Position numbers and translations under genes: made by a program
Notes under the pieces: generated by a model
The model's database searches: none
The model's input: the letters and a program-made list of their open reading frames with translations, nothing else
Told to the model about the DNA's origin: nothing
Part shown: positions 38,420-52,269 of the stretch, piece by piece
Layout: each line of letters opens with the position of its first letter
How positions within the stretch are numbered: position 1 is the first letter of the stretch
Assembly (NCBI RefSeq): GCF_030684315.1
Contig: NC_081373.1
Span: forward strand, 39,781,989 to 39,845,988
DNA: 64,000 bases
Reading direction: 5' to 3'
Origin: Stegostoma tigrinum
Taxonomy: Eukaryota

Positions 38420-39990
38420 ATTGCTAGGACACCTGGCAGGGTGGCTAATGTTGTACCACCGTTTAAGAAAGGTAGCAAAGACAAGCCAAGGAATGACAGG
38501 CCAGTGAGCCTGACATCAGGATCAACCAACATTCGGATCGTTAAGATTTGATTAGGGATAGTCAGCACGGATTTGTGCGCAGGAAGTCATGTCTGACAAA
38601 CCTTTCAGTGTTTTTCAGAGAGGTAACCAAGAGGGTAGATGAGGGTAGGACAGTGGATATTGTCGCTATGGACTTTAGTAAGGCCTTTAACAAGGTCCCA
38701 CATAGTAGGCTAGTCATGTAGGTTAGGTTGCATGGGATCCAGGGAGAGGTAGCTAATTGGATTCAAAATTGGCTCAATGGTAGGAAGCAGAGGATGATAG
38801 TTAAAGGTTGTTTCTCAGACTCATGACCTGTGACTAGTGGTTTGCCACAGGATCAGTGCTGGGGCCTTTGTTATTTACATAAATGATGTGGATGTGAGTG
38901 AACAAAGCATGATTAGTAAGCTTGCAGATGATACAAAATTAGGGGGTATCATCGAATACGAGGAAGGTTATCAAAAATTACAGAGGGATCTTGATCAGAT
39001 AGGGAAGTGGGCTGAGGATTGGCAAATGCAATTCAATACAGAAAAGTGTGAGGTGTTGCACTTTGGAAAGTCAAACAAAGGTAGGACTTATATAGGTCCT
39101 GAGGTGTGTTGTGGAACAAAGGGACCTAGGAGTACAAGTATATAGTTCATTGAAAGCGGCATCACAGGTGGACAGGATAGTGAAGATGACATTTAGCATG
39201 TTGGCCTTCATCTGTCAAGGCTTGGGTATAGGAGTTGGGACATTATGTCATAGTTGTATAAGTCATTGGTGAGGCTGCAATTGGAGCATTGTGTACAGTT
39301 TTGATCACCCCATTAAAGGAAAGGCATTGTTAAGCTAGAAAGTGTGCAAAGAAGATTCACGAGGATAACACAGTATGGAGCTGGAAAAACACAGCAGGCC
39401 AGGCAGCATCAGAAGAGAAGGGAAGTCCTCCTCCTCTGATACTGCCTAGCCTGCTGTGTTCTTCCAACTCCATATTGTGTTATCTCTAACTCCGGTGTCT
39501 GCAGTTCTTGCTGTTGCAAATTTACAAGGAAGTTGACAGGTTTAGTAAGCCTGAGTTATTGGGAGAGGTTGGCCAGGACAGGACTTTATTCCTTTGAAGG
39601 TAGGAGAATGCGGGGTGTCCTAGTTGATGTGTATAAAATCATGAGGAGCTTAGATGGGATGAATGCATGTGGTCTTCTTCCCAGGGATGGAGAATTGAAA
39701 ACTAGAGGGCATAGGTTTAAAGTGAGAGGGTAAAGATTTAAGAAGGATCAGAGGGGCGACTTCTGCACACAGAGAGTAGTGTGTAAATGGAATGGGCTGC
39801 CAGAAAACGTGTTTGAAGCAGGTTCAGTAGCAACATTTAAAAAACATTTGGATAGGTACATTGATGGGAGGGGTTTGGAGGGATATGGTCCAAATGTGGA
39901 AATTGGAACTAGCTGAGTGGACACAATGGTCACCATGGACCTGTAAGGGCTGAAGGGCCTGTTTCCATGCTGTATTACTCTATGATTCAA
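38420..39990 (+). mobile_element. CR1 LINE fragment (RT to 3' end)
   Basis: ISKLADDTKLGG..LQRDLDQIGKWAEDWQMQFNTEKCEVLHFG; tail ctgtattactctatgattc. Confidence 0.88.
39364..39517. mobile_element. Palindromic PLE-end mini-element inserted in CR1
   Basis: Inverted arms gataacacagt..gcagcatcag / ctgatactgc..gtgttatc plus a right-hand tail; degenerate TSD agattcacgagga / aaatttacaagga. Confidence 0.8.
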
Positions 39991-40779
39991 TGATAACGGA
40001 ATCTCCTATTCTTGTCAAATGGACAGGGTTAAAATGTCGGCAACCATTTGGAGAACAAGTGAAATTAATGTACACAATAACAGGAACTACAGCTGAAGGA
40101 AATAATCTTTGTTCAAGGCCAAGATGTGCCTTTTGATCTTTATTTGCTGAGCTTGCAATGCATCAGATTTTACAACTATAAGTTTGATGACTTGTACAGC
40201 TGAGAGCTGTACCGTGCTCATTTGATGCTCCAGAAAATTAGCAGCCTTTGTGTAATTTTGATGTTTTGAAGTCCTGGCTGTGATAACTTGGTCTCATCTC
40301 CCACTTGCATTCCGCCTTCAGCTTGGCACAGTTATTCTCTAAATTAATTCATGTTGTCCCTTATACTAGCTTTAAAGCCTAGCTTTAATTCTTTTTGTAC
40401 AAGTTTCCTCTCATCTGAAAATATTATCTCATGCCAGCGTTCCACAGACTATAAAAGTGATTGTGTTTCATGTTTGAGGGTGGGTGAATGTTGCTATGCA
40501 ACTTAACTGTTGTTGGCACGACAGTTGAGACTGAACCATTCTTCAGTGATTGTCCACCTTTTGGATAATAATCAGGAACCAAGCTAACTCCACTCTTAAA
40601 CTGACTGCTCTTTCCAAAACACAGGAGCATTTATAGCACACACTAGCAATCAAACCTAACACCTTCTGGCTGAGATTGCACAGCAGTACACTGTTCTTAT
40701 TAATCGTTAATTACGAGTGAGTAATTCATGGCCCTTCTGTGAAAATAAATGAAGACGTGTTATTTTGAGGTTACGGATT

Positions 40780-41710
40780 ACTTTGTAAAGGATTTGGGAG
40801 CAGAAAGCCACTTGGTACATCAAGTCCGCTACACCATTCAATATAATCAGGGGCTGATTTGCCTGTGGTTTCACCTCTACTTTTCTGTCTGCAGTTCATA
40901 ACTTCCCATTGACTTTCTTTCTATCAAAAATCAATCTGTCACAAACTTTAATAAATCAACCTTCAATGAAGACTCTGCTGCCTCTTTGGAAATGCGAATT
41001 TCACCCTTTGGGAAAAGAAGTCTCCTCGTCTCTGTCTTAAAATGGAGATCTTTCGTTCTGAAATTATGTCCCCTAGCTTTATCCTTTATTACAAGAGGAA
41101 ACATCCACTTGGTGTGCGCCCTGTTCAGCCTGTCAAAACCTGATATGTTTCAATTAGACTGCCTCATTCTTCAGTGGAGGCCATTCAACCTTTCTGTGCA
41201 AGAAGATATCCTTTTGTCTGAGGAATGAGGCAAATAAACCTTCTCTTGTGCTGTTTCTAAAATAGCTTTTTTTAAAAATCAAAGACCAAACTGTTTACAG
41301 TACTCAGATTAGGTCTCAGCAATGCCTTGTATAGCTGCAGCACAACTTTCCTACTCTCATACTCCATTCATCTGGCAATTAACAGCTTTCCATTGGCCTT
41401 CCTAACCATTTGCTGTTCCTACATGCTAACTTTGTGATTCATGATTGACAATTCTCATATCCGTCTGTATTAACAAATCCTGCATTTTCTTCCCACTTAA
41501 ATAGCATACTGTTTTTTCTGTTAGGCTTACTCAATATGAACGCATTCATATTTACGCAAGACGTACTCTACCTGCCAATTTTTCCCCACTCGTCTTGCAT
41601 ATGTATTTTCTTACCTATCTTGGTGTCATTGTCAAGTTTAGCTACAATACATTTGGATCACTCATCCAAATCATTAATGTAGATTATAAATAATTGAAGG
41701 CCTGAGACTG
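40780..41710 (-). mobile_element. Degraded CR1 LINE fragment
   Basis: Reverse-complement similarity to CR1 RT/3' region; no intact frame. Confidence 0.6.
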
Positions 41711-44700
41711 ATTTCCAGAGATGCCTTTCTTGACATCAAGAGCAACTAGTTGTATGTTTCAATTGAGATCATATGCCATGCACCGTGCATCCATGGATGC
41801 TGGCATTAAACATGTGTCAACTTTTCCATACGTATAGTACAGTCCTGTGCTGCCATGCTGCACTTTGAAGTACACTGGTACCCAGCAATGAAGGGGCTTT
41901 TTGCACACAAGGACAGTCACTCAGCTCACAGACCAAAACAGGCTGCATAACAGGGCCGCTTGTTTGCTCATCCTCATAGCATTCACTCTCCTTGCACCTA
42001 CTTGGAAGACCTCGATGTCACAGCCTTATCTTGCCTTGCCTTTTAACATAGACTGAAATCTATAGTTGTTAGCCATCACCAGACAACGGTTGGGCATGAT
42101 GCTGCACATCACCATCATAACTCCATGTGGCTGACGTGGCTGACACTCTGCACATTCTTCAACCAAATGGCTATGTCGCAGAATCAGAGCAGCATAGTGC
42201 TAAGGTCCCTTAATGGAGTCTTCCTTCAGCCAGGGGGTCCCAGCACAGTAAGGGTAGCTTTCAATATCAGCCCAGTAGGTTAGGCATGGTCAGGTGGCTG
42301 AATGGGGAAGACAAGGTCAGGACCCTTCTTGCAAAAGGCCAGGAGCTAAATGTCAGGCATCCCACCATCTGCTTTGGCTGTTGTTGCCCTCTCATGGGCA
42401 ATTTCCTCTTTCAGTGTGAAAGGGAGAGATTGAGTGTGATGAAACTGGATGGAACAGCTGTTAGTGAAGTTGGGAGGACTTGGTGTGGTATTCTGAGTAA
42501 ATAGAGGAGCAGAGGGGATGGAAGGAGTGTAGTTATTGTAATGAGGTCAGCAAGGTGCATCACATAGCGTAGGAGTTCTCTGATTGGGGATGCTAATCAA
42601 GTCCAATCAGGGAGGCCTGGCTGACAGAAAAGGAAAGGACTGTCAGGCATCCTGACCACTGTGAGAGCTGGCTTTCTGGGAGCTGGATCAGTGTCAGGGA
42701 CACTCCGTGTGTAAATAGAGCGTGGCTTGGTGACAGGATTCTGGCCTCTATGAAGTCATTTCAGTGGCAATGAAAGAAGAGCACACTCCTGAAGTAATTC
42801 TCTCAAAACTTTTGAGTCTTTGAGTTGAGGTAATCATTTCTGGCATAATGCTATTATTTGGGAAGCTTGACTTGTTCAATCTTGCCGTCATAGACTGGGC
42901 CCAATATGTGGAAAGAATTTTTTTTTCCAGGAAAGTAACACGGGGGCAGATGAAAAGCAATGAGTAATTCCCCTGACAGTTTGTGGTCCTGCAGCTTTTT
43001 TGCTTATTGGGAGCCTGACTTTCCCTGCGGCACCAGATACTAAAACCTTTCAAGAGCTGACAGATTTAGACAAGGAATATTACAATACCAAGCCTCCCCT
43101 AACTCTGTGACACTGTCAGTTTTACTTGGCATTTTGAGAGCTGGGGAATTCATATCGGGATTTCTGACTTGGTTAAGATGACTGGCAGTGGCATATGACT
43201 TTGGTCTAACCCTTAATGAGAGACTGTTTAGTATATAGGATTAATGACATAACAATGCAAAAGTGCCTACTAGTTGTAGCCCAGTTGGACTTCAGACAGG
43301 CAGGACAACTGGCTTTACCATTGGAAAATGCAGCAAGTGGAGCATATGAGTTGCAGGGTATGCCAAGGGAAGTGCACACCCTCGCAGGGCTGACAGAGCT
43401 TGGGAAAGCCTACCTGAGTGAAGGCAATTGCATAGCCTCACTCAAGACATATCCTGAACAGTGCATCTCGAGGTCAGCCCACAGCAAAACCCCAAAACAT
43501 GGCCAAGCACCAGCCAAATGGTTAAAATTTTCTTTGGGATCCAGGCCACCAAGCCATTGCAGTTCCTGCCAGTAAGCGGACTTGAAACAGCAAAAGGGTT
43601 CCACTGGACCTAAATTGAATAAAAGACCTCACAGACTGGTATCCAGGAGAGTGCACACCATGGAAAGCCCATCTAACATCTGGTTTGGAGCTGTTAAATT
43701 GCTTAGCAACATCCAGATTAGAATCAATCAAAACAAGTGCCTATTTAAATGGTTCCAATGGAGGACAATACCAGTGCGGTCGTTTCAGTGATTGTGGAAC
43801 CAGTCTTTAATAAAATCACTCTGGACTCCAACCCTTAGGTTTGAACAAGATCTTGGCCAGATTGAGAATCAATCCCAGGCAGCCTTTATAGATTAAGGGA
43901 ACATCTTCAGTTCCAGCCTGTTCTGAGAAGTAGCTGGTTCAGTTGTCACTGATTACAGTAAAAAGCTTGGGCCGAAGCTTGATGGGGTGAAATTGGTTGA
44001 GGAAGGTTCACCTAGGTTTGCTCAACATCTTTTCATTAGAAAATGCCTGCCTGAGTGAAGTCCCAGTTAACTACCCAGAAGTTTTTCAAAAGGTCAAGGG
44101 ACTGTCAAAAGTGCCAAGGCCACCTTGCATGTTGACCAGGAAGCAATTCCATGATTCCATAAGGCCTGCCCAGTGCTATTTGCCTTATGGACAAAAGTCG
44201 TGGCAAAAATCAGAAGGCTGGAAAGATATGGAATCATCAAACTGTCCAGTTTATGGAATGGACAACACCAGTCATTGTGAAGTTCAGTGAGTTGGTTCGC
44301 TTTTGTGGGGGACTTTAAACAAATGGTAAACCACTTTTTGCAGCTGGATAAGTAACCAATCCCTCACATAGAGGATTTATACACAAAGTTGGACATGAGC
44401 CATGCAGGTACTTACAATTACGGTTAGTTGAGGATTCCCAGAAGTATGCCACAATTAATACTCATTGGGGTTGGTATACCAGACTGCCATTTAGGGCATC
44501 ACAAGCCTATGCAATTTTTCAGCGAACGATGTAAAACATTTTACAAGGGCTCCCTCAGGTCACTGTATATCTAGATGATGTGCTAGTAACAAGGAAGACT
44601 GATAAAGAACACTTAAAGAACATAAATATAGTCCTTAGACATTTCTCCTAGGTGGCATACACCCTAGAAGGGAAAACTGTGTGATCCTGGCACCCCAGGT

Positions 44701-47225
44701 GAACTTATTGGGGTACAGAGGCAACAAGACTGGGTTATTCCCGTTGTAAGATAAAGTGAGTATAATCGAAGGTGTCCTGGCTCCCACATCATACTGGAGT
44801 TTAGGTCTTTCCTTGGGCTGATGAATTACTACGGAAAGTTCATACATAATCTGCCCTCCATCTTAACATCTTTGCATCAGCTCTCAAAAAAGCACCAGCC
44901 TTGGAAATGGTCGCACAGCCAAGCCATAGTTTTCAGGGAAATGAAGAAGCAACTATCTTCCTCTAAGGTGTTGGCACACACTGATCCCAAGCACAATCTG
45001 GTATTAACATGTGATGTCTCCCCACACAGCATCAGGTTAGTTTATCTCATAGGTGGCCTAATGGAGAGGAACACCCAAAAGCATATGACTTTGGCTAACG
45101 CAGAGCATAAATACGCCCAGATAATGAAGGAAGGTTTGGCATATTTGGGGGCAGAAAGTTCCACCAGTACTTTTAAGGACATAAATTTGCAATAATAACA
45201 GACCACAACCCCCTGCTGGGTCTACGTAAAGAGGATAAGGCAACACTGCCCACAGCTTCAGGTTGATATCACCGGTGGGCTCTAATACTAAGTGTGTATA
45301 ATTACAAGTTGCAATACTGTCTGGAAGGCCAAGTAGCAAATGTGAATGTATTCAGCTGCCTCCTGCTGGCAGATACACCACCAGTGGTACTGCCACTGGA
45401 AGAGATCATAACGGATTTAAATGATCTGGATACACTTCCAGTCACGGCTAGCGATATCAGACTTGGGATGCTGAAAGATCCGGTCCTGGCAAAACTGGTG
45501 GTGATGGGGGAAACCAAAAGGGCCATCACAACCAGAATTAATACCGTTTTTGGATCCAGAGAGACCAGATCATAGGAGAAGGCAGTATCTTATTATGGGG
45601 AGCAAGAGTGATTGTTCTGAGCAAAAGTCATCACCAGATACTGGCTGGACTCCACCAGGGTCATCGACGGGTTCTCCAAAATGAAGATATTGGGGAGAAG
45701 TTACGTCTGGTGGCCAGCATAGGTGGGGCAGTGCCCAGCGTGCCAACAAGGAGAAAAATTACTGCCAGCAGTGCATTCACATTTGTGGGAATTCCCATGT
45801 AAACACAGGAGTCAGTTACACACCCACTCTGCAGGCCCTTTCATGGACTCAGTGTTCTTAGTCATTGTGGACACCCACTCAGAGCAGGTGGAAGTGTGTA
45901 GAATTCAATTGTCAAACTCAGGAGTTATAATAGAAAAGCTGCGTGCACCTTTTGTAATACACGGACTTACAGATGTGTTGGTCACAGATAATGGGCCTTC
46001 GTTTACCAGCCGGGAATTTGAGTATTTCCTAAAGTCAAATGGTATTTGACATATAAGGCCAGCTCCATACCATCCACCATGCAATGGTCTGGCAGAAAGA
46101 GCGGTCCAAACTTTGAAGGCAGCGTGAAAGGAATAGCCCACAGATTCATTCAATACCAAACTGTTCTGCTTCCTGTTTGATAATAAGGTCGCCCCTCTTG
46201 CAACAACAGGGAAAGCTCCAGCAGAGTTGCTAACGGGGCGAAGACTTTGCACCAGGTTAATCTGATCTTCCTGGACCTTGGACAGGGGGAAGGTGAAAAG
46301 GCATCAGGAACACCAGTGCCAGGTACAAGGCTCTGCTAAGCGACAGAGACAGTTTACTACAGGAGACAAAGTTTGGTGTAGGAACCACAGGAATGATCCT
46401 GCATGGGTCAAAGATACCGTAGACACAAGGTCAGGTCCAGTGACATACACAGTTTGGGCAGTTGTGACAGCCCTGAACAAGTATGTGGACCATATGAAAG
46501 CTTCAAACTCACCAACTGTGTGGGAGCAAAACGTGCCCTGCTGTTCGACAGCCATTCCGAAGCTGTGGGTTCTCTCCCTTCGCCAAGCGTTGATGATACT
46601 TTGGAATCTGAGATGGCAACGGCAGATGCACCGCCTAGATGCCTATGCCGCCTGAAGAAGAAACTGCATTTCTTCTGAGATGCTCCGGATACAAGAGGCA
46701 AGCTACTGTGTGTTACGTGCTGCCTGCATCAGAAGCAGAGTTGGCGGAACCTGATCCAGTGCTAAAACGCCCCTGGAGGAGTTACAATAAAAAGAACTGA
46801 CTCAGAGGAGGAGGGATGTAGTGGTTGCAATGAGGTCAACCACGTAGACCTCATAGAGTATGAGTTCCCTGAGTGGGGCTGTTATTCTAGTTCAGTCAGG
46901 GAGCCCTGGCTGAATGATAAGAACATCACTGTCAGACATCCTGTTTACTCTGACAATTCCCTCTGAGGAAGCTGGATCAGGGTCAAGCACTTTCCACGTG
47001 TAAATAAAGGGTGACTTGGTGGTGCGATATTGGCCTCTGTGGTGTTAGTTCAGGGAGGAGGGGGTGAAAGAGATAGTGAGAGAGAGTGGTATATGCAGTA
47101 GTGAGAATGATATCGAATGAGCCTTGGCGGGAGCTGGGTGCGGCAGCCGAGATAGAGTTAGCGTGAGGCAGCAGAGAGAAGACTGCAGAAAAGAAATGGT
47201 CATTGACCGTTTTTCAGCACTGTTG
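41710..47225. mobile_element. Harbinger-derived remnant interrupted by the Gypsy provirus
   Basis: Minus strand at ~47180-47225 reads QQC*KTVNDH (Myb/SANT C-terminal QCRKKVNDL-like); purine-rich sequence continues across the LTR boundaries. Confidence 0.35.
42528..47052 (+). mobile_element. Full-length decayed Ty3/Gypsy LTR retrotransposon
   Basis: LTRs 42528-42763 and 46817-47052 (TG..CA); PBS-like gtggcaatg at 42764; PPT agaggaggaggga 46804-46816; RT YLDD at 44568-44579; RNase H (LVLTCDVSP); integrase (GPF..FLVIVD, VTDNGPSFTS); TSD AGGAG/GGGAG; many stops and frameshifts. Confidence 0.92.
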
Positions 47226-49011
47226 TCTAAACTGAAAAGCAGCTATTTAATTTAATGCCCTCTCTAACATTCTAGTTATATAATGAGTCAAACCCAAGCT
47301 TCAGCGCAGTTCAGGTATAGGCTATTCCAACAATACAGGTCTTACTTTCCTCAGCACTGGTGCCATTGCCCTGTGAACTGAAACCTATTCCTCCCACACT
47401 TGTCTTTGAGTTGAGCATTCACCTCTTTAATCTTATTTATTTACTTAATGTCACTTCTATCAGTGTAACTCGACCAAGTGCACTTCTGAATTGTTTATAC
47501 TTTTAACTCTCCAAATAATGATTGAAAATGCACTATAATTATATTCACATGCATGAGCAGTTCAGTAAAACAAGCAAATTATGTACTTATGCCAAGTACA
47601 AAAACATAACCAGATGTACATTGTGCAGAATGAAAATGAACATTGTATGTAATAATCAAAAGTTCTGATTGGTTTTTGGTGATCATATGACATGCACATT
47701 TTCACAATGACATCTGTATTGATGCTGACACAGGGCCTGTTCATTATAAAGGTTGGCACTGCTTGAGTCGGTTCATCTTTCTGGAACTCCAACATTTGAA
47801 TTTGTTGTTCACTGCTTCTGCCATTGAATAACACACTCTGCATTCTCCCACAAAGCACAATTAGACATAGCAAGCACAAGTCAAGCCTGTCACAGAAAGA
47901 ACAACAGATTCTGATCTGAGGTTTCACGGTACAAGGTTCTGATCAGCACTCACAGCAGTTTACTATCCAAGGGCCAATTAAGGAGACAAATGACACAACA
48001 TAGTACCAATCTTCAAACTAGAGACAATGGGCACTGAAGACTTTTTGGCATCAACTGCCAAGTGTTGTTGGCATGTACTACAACTTACTGTGTGAACTCA
48101 AAGTTGGCTGTAGCCTAGATCAAAATGAAGTAATGTGCAGTGACATTGCTCCTTTAGATGAAGAAAGAACAATAATTTACATGTTGCCACTGGTACAGAT
48201 GACAATGCATACTGATGATATTTTAAGACAATCACTCCGACGAGAATCGGACATCTGTAGTATCTGGAACTGTGTATGTTCAACAAAATGAAGAAACAGT
48301 CTCTTGAAATGAGTAATCTGTTATGTTAAAAATGGATACCAGTGGGTGTTGTGTTGATCTTTCTGTAGTTGGTCACAGTCAGAAAAAACTCTGATGAACT
48401 TTGCCAATTCTGTTCGTATTTGAGGGAACCCTCCCAACTGACCAGCAACTATCCAAAGCAAACTAGATTCCTCTCACACAAATCGAGCAAAATCAAAGCA
48501 TTATTTCAGAAGGAAAACATCAGTATCACTGTGAGGAATGTTTGCCATCGGGAAGAGTGTGCCATCTAATGGATGAAGTTGGTGAACAATCAAGTTACTA
48601 TAGTGCATCTAAAATAAAACAGTAGCTGAGAATTTGTCACAACTTCTTTTCACATTCTGCTGAATTATATTAATTTCTGGGATTTTCACATTGAAAAAAA
48701 ATTAAATCTCAGAAAATAGAATGCTGCACATTCTTTCTTTTGGTGAAGAGATGTGTGAAATTATTGCTGACCGTGTGAGATTCACTGTGGTGAAGGTATA
48801 GCTAAAAAAGCTACACTGAACGTAACAGATAAGATCCAAAGCATGTTAAAGCTTGACAAATTCCTCTTTGTCACAAATCTGTAAATACATGACTAAAAAA
48901 AATATGAATTGTAGGTTTAATTTTGGGATCCAGGAACATACTAGTGACCATTGAGTTAAAGCAGAAAGCAAATGATTTAAACAGAAGTCAAACAAAGGTC
49001 CAGTCCTCTTC

Positions 49012-49186
49012 AGAGATAGTAAGAACTGCAGATGCTGGAGTCAGAGACAAAAAAAAATGTAGAGCTGGAGGAATACAGCAGGCCAGGGCCCAAGGAAGGG
49101 TCCTGACCTGAAACATCAGCTTTCCCTTTCCTCTGATGCTGCCTGGCCTGCTGTGTTCATCCAGCTGCACACTTTGTTATCTCTGA
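49012..49186. mobile_element. Palindromic PLE-end mini-element (tail on left arm)
   Basis: Left arm is antisense tail plus body; right arm starts in hammerhead stem II (gaagggtcctgacctgaaacatcagc) and ends ttatctctga; TSD TCCTCTT(C/T)AG at 49004-49013 and 49187-49196. Confidence 0.82.
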
Positions 49187-49729
49187 TCCTCTTTAGCTGC
49201 TTCACCAATGATCTTCCTTCTATCATAAGGTCAAAAATGAGAATGATCAGTAACAATTGCACAATTTTCCATGCCGTTTGTAACTCCTCAGAGACTGAAA
49301 CCGTCTGTAAAAATAGGTAGTGAAACCAGTTGTCTTTTCTGCACTGTTACTGTCTCTGCCTCATTGTTTTCTCCCAAACAGTGAAAAGGACCTGTATTTT
49401 GTAATATTTTGAGGTAGATTTAGCCAAAGATACCATACGTACAATCATATGGATAAGGAAAGATTTATCCAGCAACTGAAAAGTTCAAGGAGTGCAGAAA
49501 TAAACACATCCGTCTGGACTGATTGAGAGCTGCTTGCTTATGACCATCAGATCGGTACAAAAAGTCCACAGCTAGCTAATTTATCCTGGAACATACTTGA
49601 ATTAGATTCTGTCTCACCCTTCTTGCTTGATTGGGCATAATTCTGTCATATTCTCTTGAATGCCCCAGTCAGTTCCTGATTCTTATGGAATCACTATCAA
49701 TCTTTTACGTCAAGCTTATTCTCTCCTTA

Positions 49730-50640
49730 ATTGGCTATAGTTGTGAAGGATGTAACGTACCACTATGATGCAGCACACCTATTTTGGGCTGTCCAGCAAA
49801 GCCCCTCTAAAGTGATGCAGGCATCAAAACCTCATCTTAAGGAGTCCCAAGGTGTGCTCCACTATGGGCCTGATAGAAGTCTGGTCAGGGTTGCACCACC
49901 GTTATGTGTCCTACTGAAGGATTTGTAAATGTGACTTCAGTCCTGTTTGGAGGGGATAAATGTTCTCTCCCAGCAACCATTTCTGTATAGCCCCAGGGAT
50001 GTGGAAGGAAGCAGCAACCTATGAGTTCTTGAGTACGTTGAGAAGTTAAGAGTCATGGCAGCTCCCTGGATAACTAGCGCAGACTTCCAAAATTTGGCAT
50101 TGATGGTCAAATATATGTTGAACATTGTTAGAGTGGATGTCTTGTTTGTTGACAAACCCTGCATATTGATGACAGAGTGCTGTCAGAGTGATGTGGATAC
50201 AGTCCTTTGTGGTGATAGTAAGCCAGCAGTGTTAGAGAATCCCATTGCTTGGAATTCCCTCATCACAGGGAAACACTCAAAGAGCTGTGCTCTGGAGAAC
50301 ATGCCATCACTTACATTCCAGATGCATTTATAGATTAAGGATTGGGAGCTGCTATACAGGTTCCCAGTGGCTCCCCGGAGCATATGTCCTATCTCAGATC
50401 CATGGGTAGATAATCCGTATGGAATACTGGAAGTAGTACACAGCCTGTCAGCAATGGTATTCCGGGGCCCTCGTTTTAAACACTATGAAGCAATAGTTTA
50501 TTCCTTGACAGTGAATTTTGACTTCTTTGCAAGGAAGCCAATGCCAGGCCTCCCTTTGGAGTTCTGAGCTGTGTAACCTCATCTAGATGTATGCTGCAGA
50601 ACGAAACCATGAATGTTATACGGGAGATACATGTGAAAAG
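49730..50640 (-). pseudogene. Decayed PIF/Harbinger (HARBI1-like) DDE transposase
   Basis: Across frameshifts the minus strand reads GATGNLYSSSQSLIYKCIWNVSDGMF, FVNKQDIHSNNVQHIFDHQCQILEVCASYPGSCHDS, WLLGENIYPL, IVEHTLGLLKMRF*CL..GAL..SP..VC.IIVV.YILHN, colinear with DDE_Tnp_4 motifs. Confidence 0.8.
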
Positions 50641-51039
50641 GCCCCGAACTCCCTGGTCAAAGATTGAGAAAAGATGACGTAGTGCAGGGAAATGATGATG
50701 ACTGTGGAGTTGGATGAAGGCCAAGTGTGATGAGCTGCTGGTGCTACGTAAATGCTCTGGCTTCCATGTAAGGAGTTTGCACCACCTAGTTTGTTAGGGC
50801 AGGAGGGAATTATTTTGAGCTGCTTATAACTGAGACATGATTAGCTCATAATGAGATGCAAATACATGGAAATAAGGTCATCACCACTCAGTAGCAAGAT
50901 TCAAAACTTGCTACTTAAACTGTAAGGTGAAAAACCGTAAGCAGCACCGCCCTGGGCAACGTGTCAAGAATCTGGCTATTCTTTCATTCCTGCCATATTT
51001 TCCTAACTTTCCTACCACTGCCAGTATTGCTCAAGGTAA

Positions 51040-52200
51040 TGGAAAATTCCTTTCATAGCAACATCTCCCTCATCTAGAAGGAGGCAGGCAAGACAGGATC
51101 TCTAAAGGCCATACTTGTGACTACCTTTAAGAAAGGAGTCAAAACTGAATTATAGAGGAGTATCCTGCTGTTTGCCATAGGAGAGGTTATTGCAAGATTT
51201 CATCCTTAGCTGTCTCCTGGAGTTGCAATCCAAATTTCATCCATTGAGATGCATATCATCTTCACAGCGAGAAAGTCTAAGAAAATTGCAGATAGCAGCT
51301 GGAACCTATATGCATGGCTGCTTTCCATCCCACGTTGGCCTTTAACTGTGTCAAAACAGAGAGACTGTGGAATGTTCTCTTCAAATCTGATTGCTGTCAG
51401 AAATTCATCATCATTCTGCTCTTGCTGCATGATGGTATGCAAGCTGTGATCTTCACCCACGGATCTACCGTAAACCCAATATCATTGCAAACAGGCATCA
51501 ACCAAAGTCACCACACAGAATTCTCCACCTTCCTTGCCATAACACTGCATCCCATCTCATCTCCATTAACTTCCCCTCCGCAGTGGAGCAACTGTGCAGT
51601 CTTTCATCTGTCACCTCTGGTTGTTATAAACGAGGAAGAGCCCAACCTCTGTCATCAAGCTGCAATACACAGATAATGTTTGTGTGTGCATGAACTCAGA
51701 CACTGAGCTTCAGACCCATTGATGCATTCATGGAGGCATCTGAAAGAATAAGCTAAACATCTGGAAGACCAAAATCCTACACCTGCTTGCTCCTGCTACT
51801 CAAAACAGGCCCTCTCCTCACAAATCTCTGACAATCATGACAATGACAAGCCATGGCCAGTGTGGAAGATCTTTCATACCTTCGCCACATCCTTTGAGCA
51901 ACAACAGACATTAATGCTGAAACCTGCCCTTACCTCCAGTGTACTCATACAGCCTTCAGCTACCCGCAGAGAAGAATGTTTGATTAAAAATGACCTCAAA
52001 GCCAGCACCCAGATGATGTGCCTGCAGGGCCATCATGTTACCTGCACTCCTATATACAGCAGAGACATGGACAATGTTTTCACCAGCCCACAAGCAAGGT
52101 TCCTCCAATTGTTATGGCTCCGGATGGGATACATCAAACTATTATGGGTACACCAGGGGGCATGCTTGAGGTGCCTTGCTCCTGCAATTGTCCAATAGTT
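51040..52200 (+). mobile_element. Decayed RTE-clade LINE fragment
   Basis: AFNCVKTERLWNVLFKSDCCQKFIIILLLLHDGMQAVIFTHGSTVNPISLQTGINQ matches the RTE/BovB AFD.V.R..LW..L...GCP.KF...LHDGM..GVKQG pattern. Confidence 0.72.
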
Positions 52201-52269
52201 ATGAGGCATTTTTTAACAAGGAAGAGACTGGGGACTACCAGGAGATTCAGCAATTTGACCTTGGCAGCG

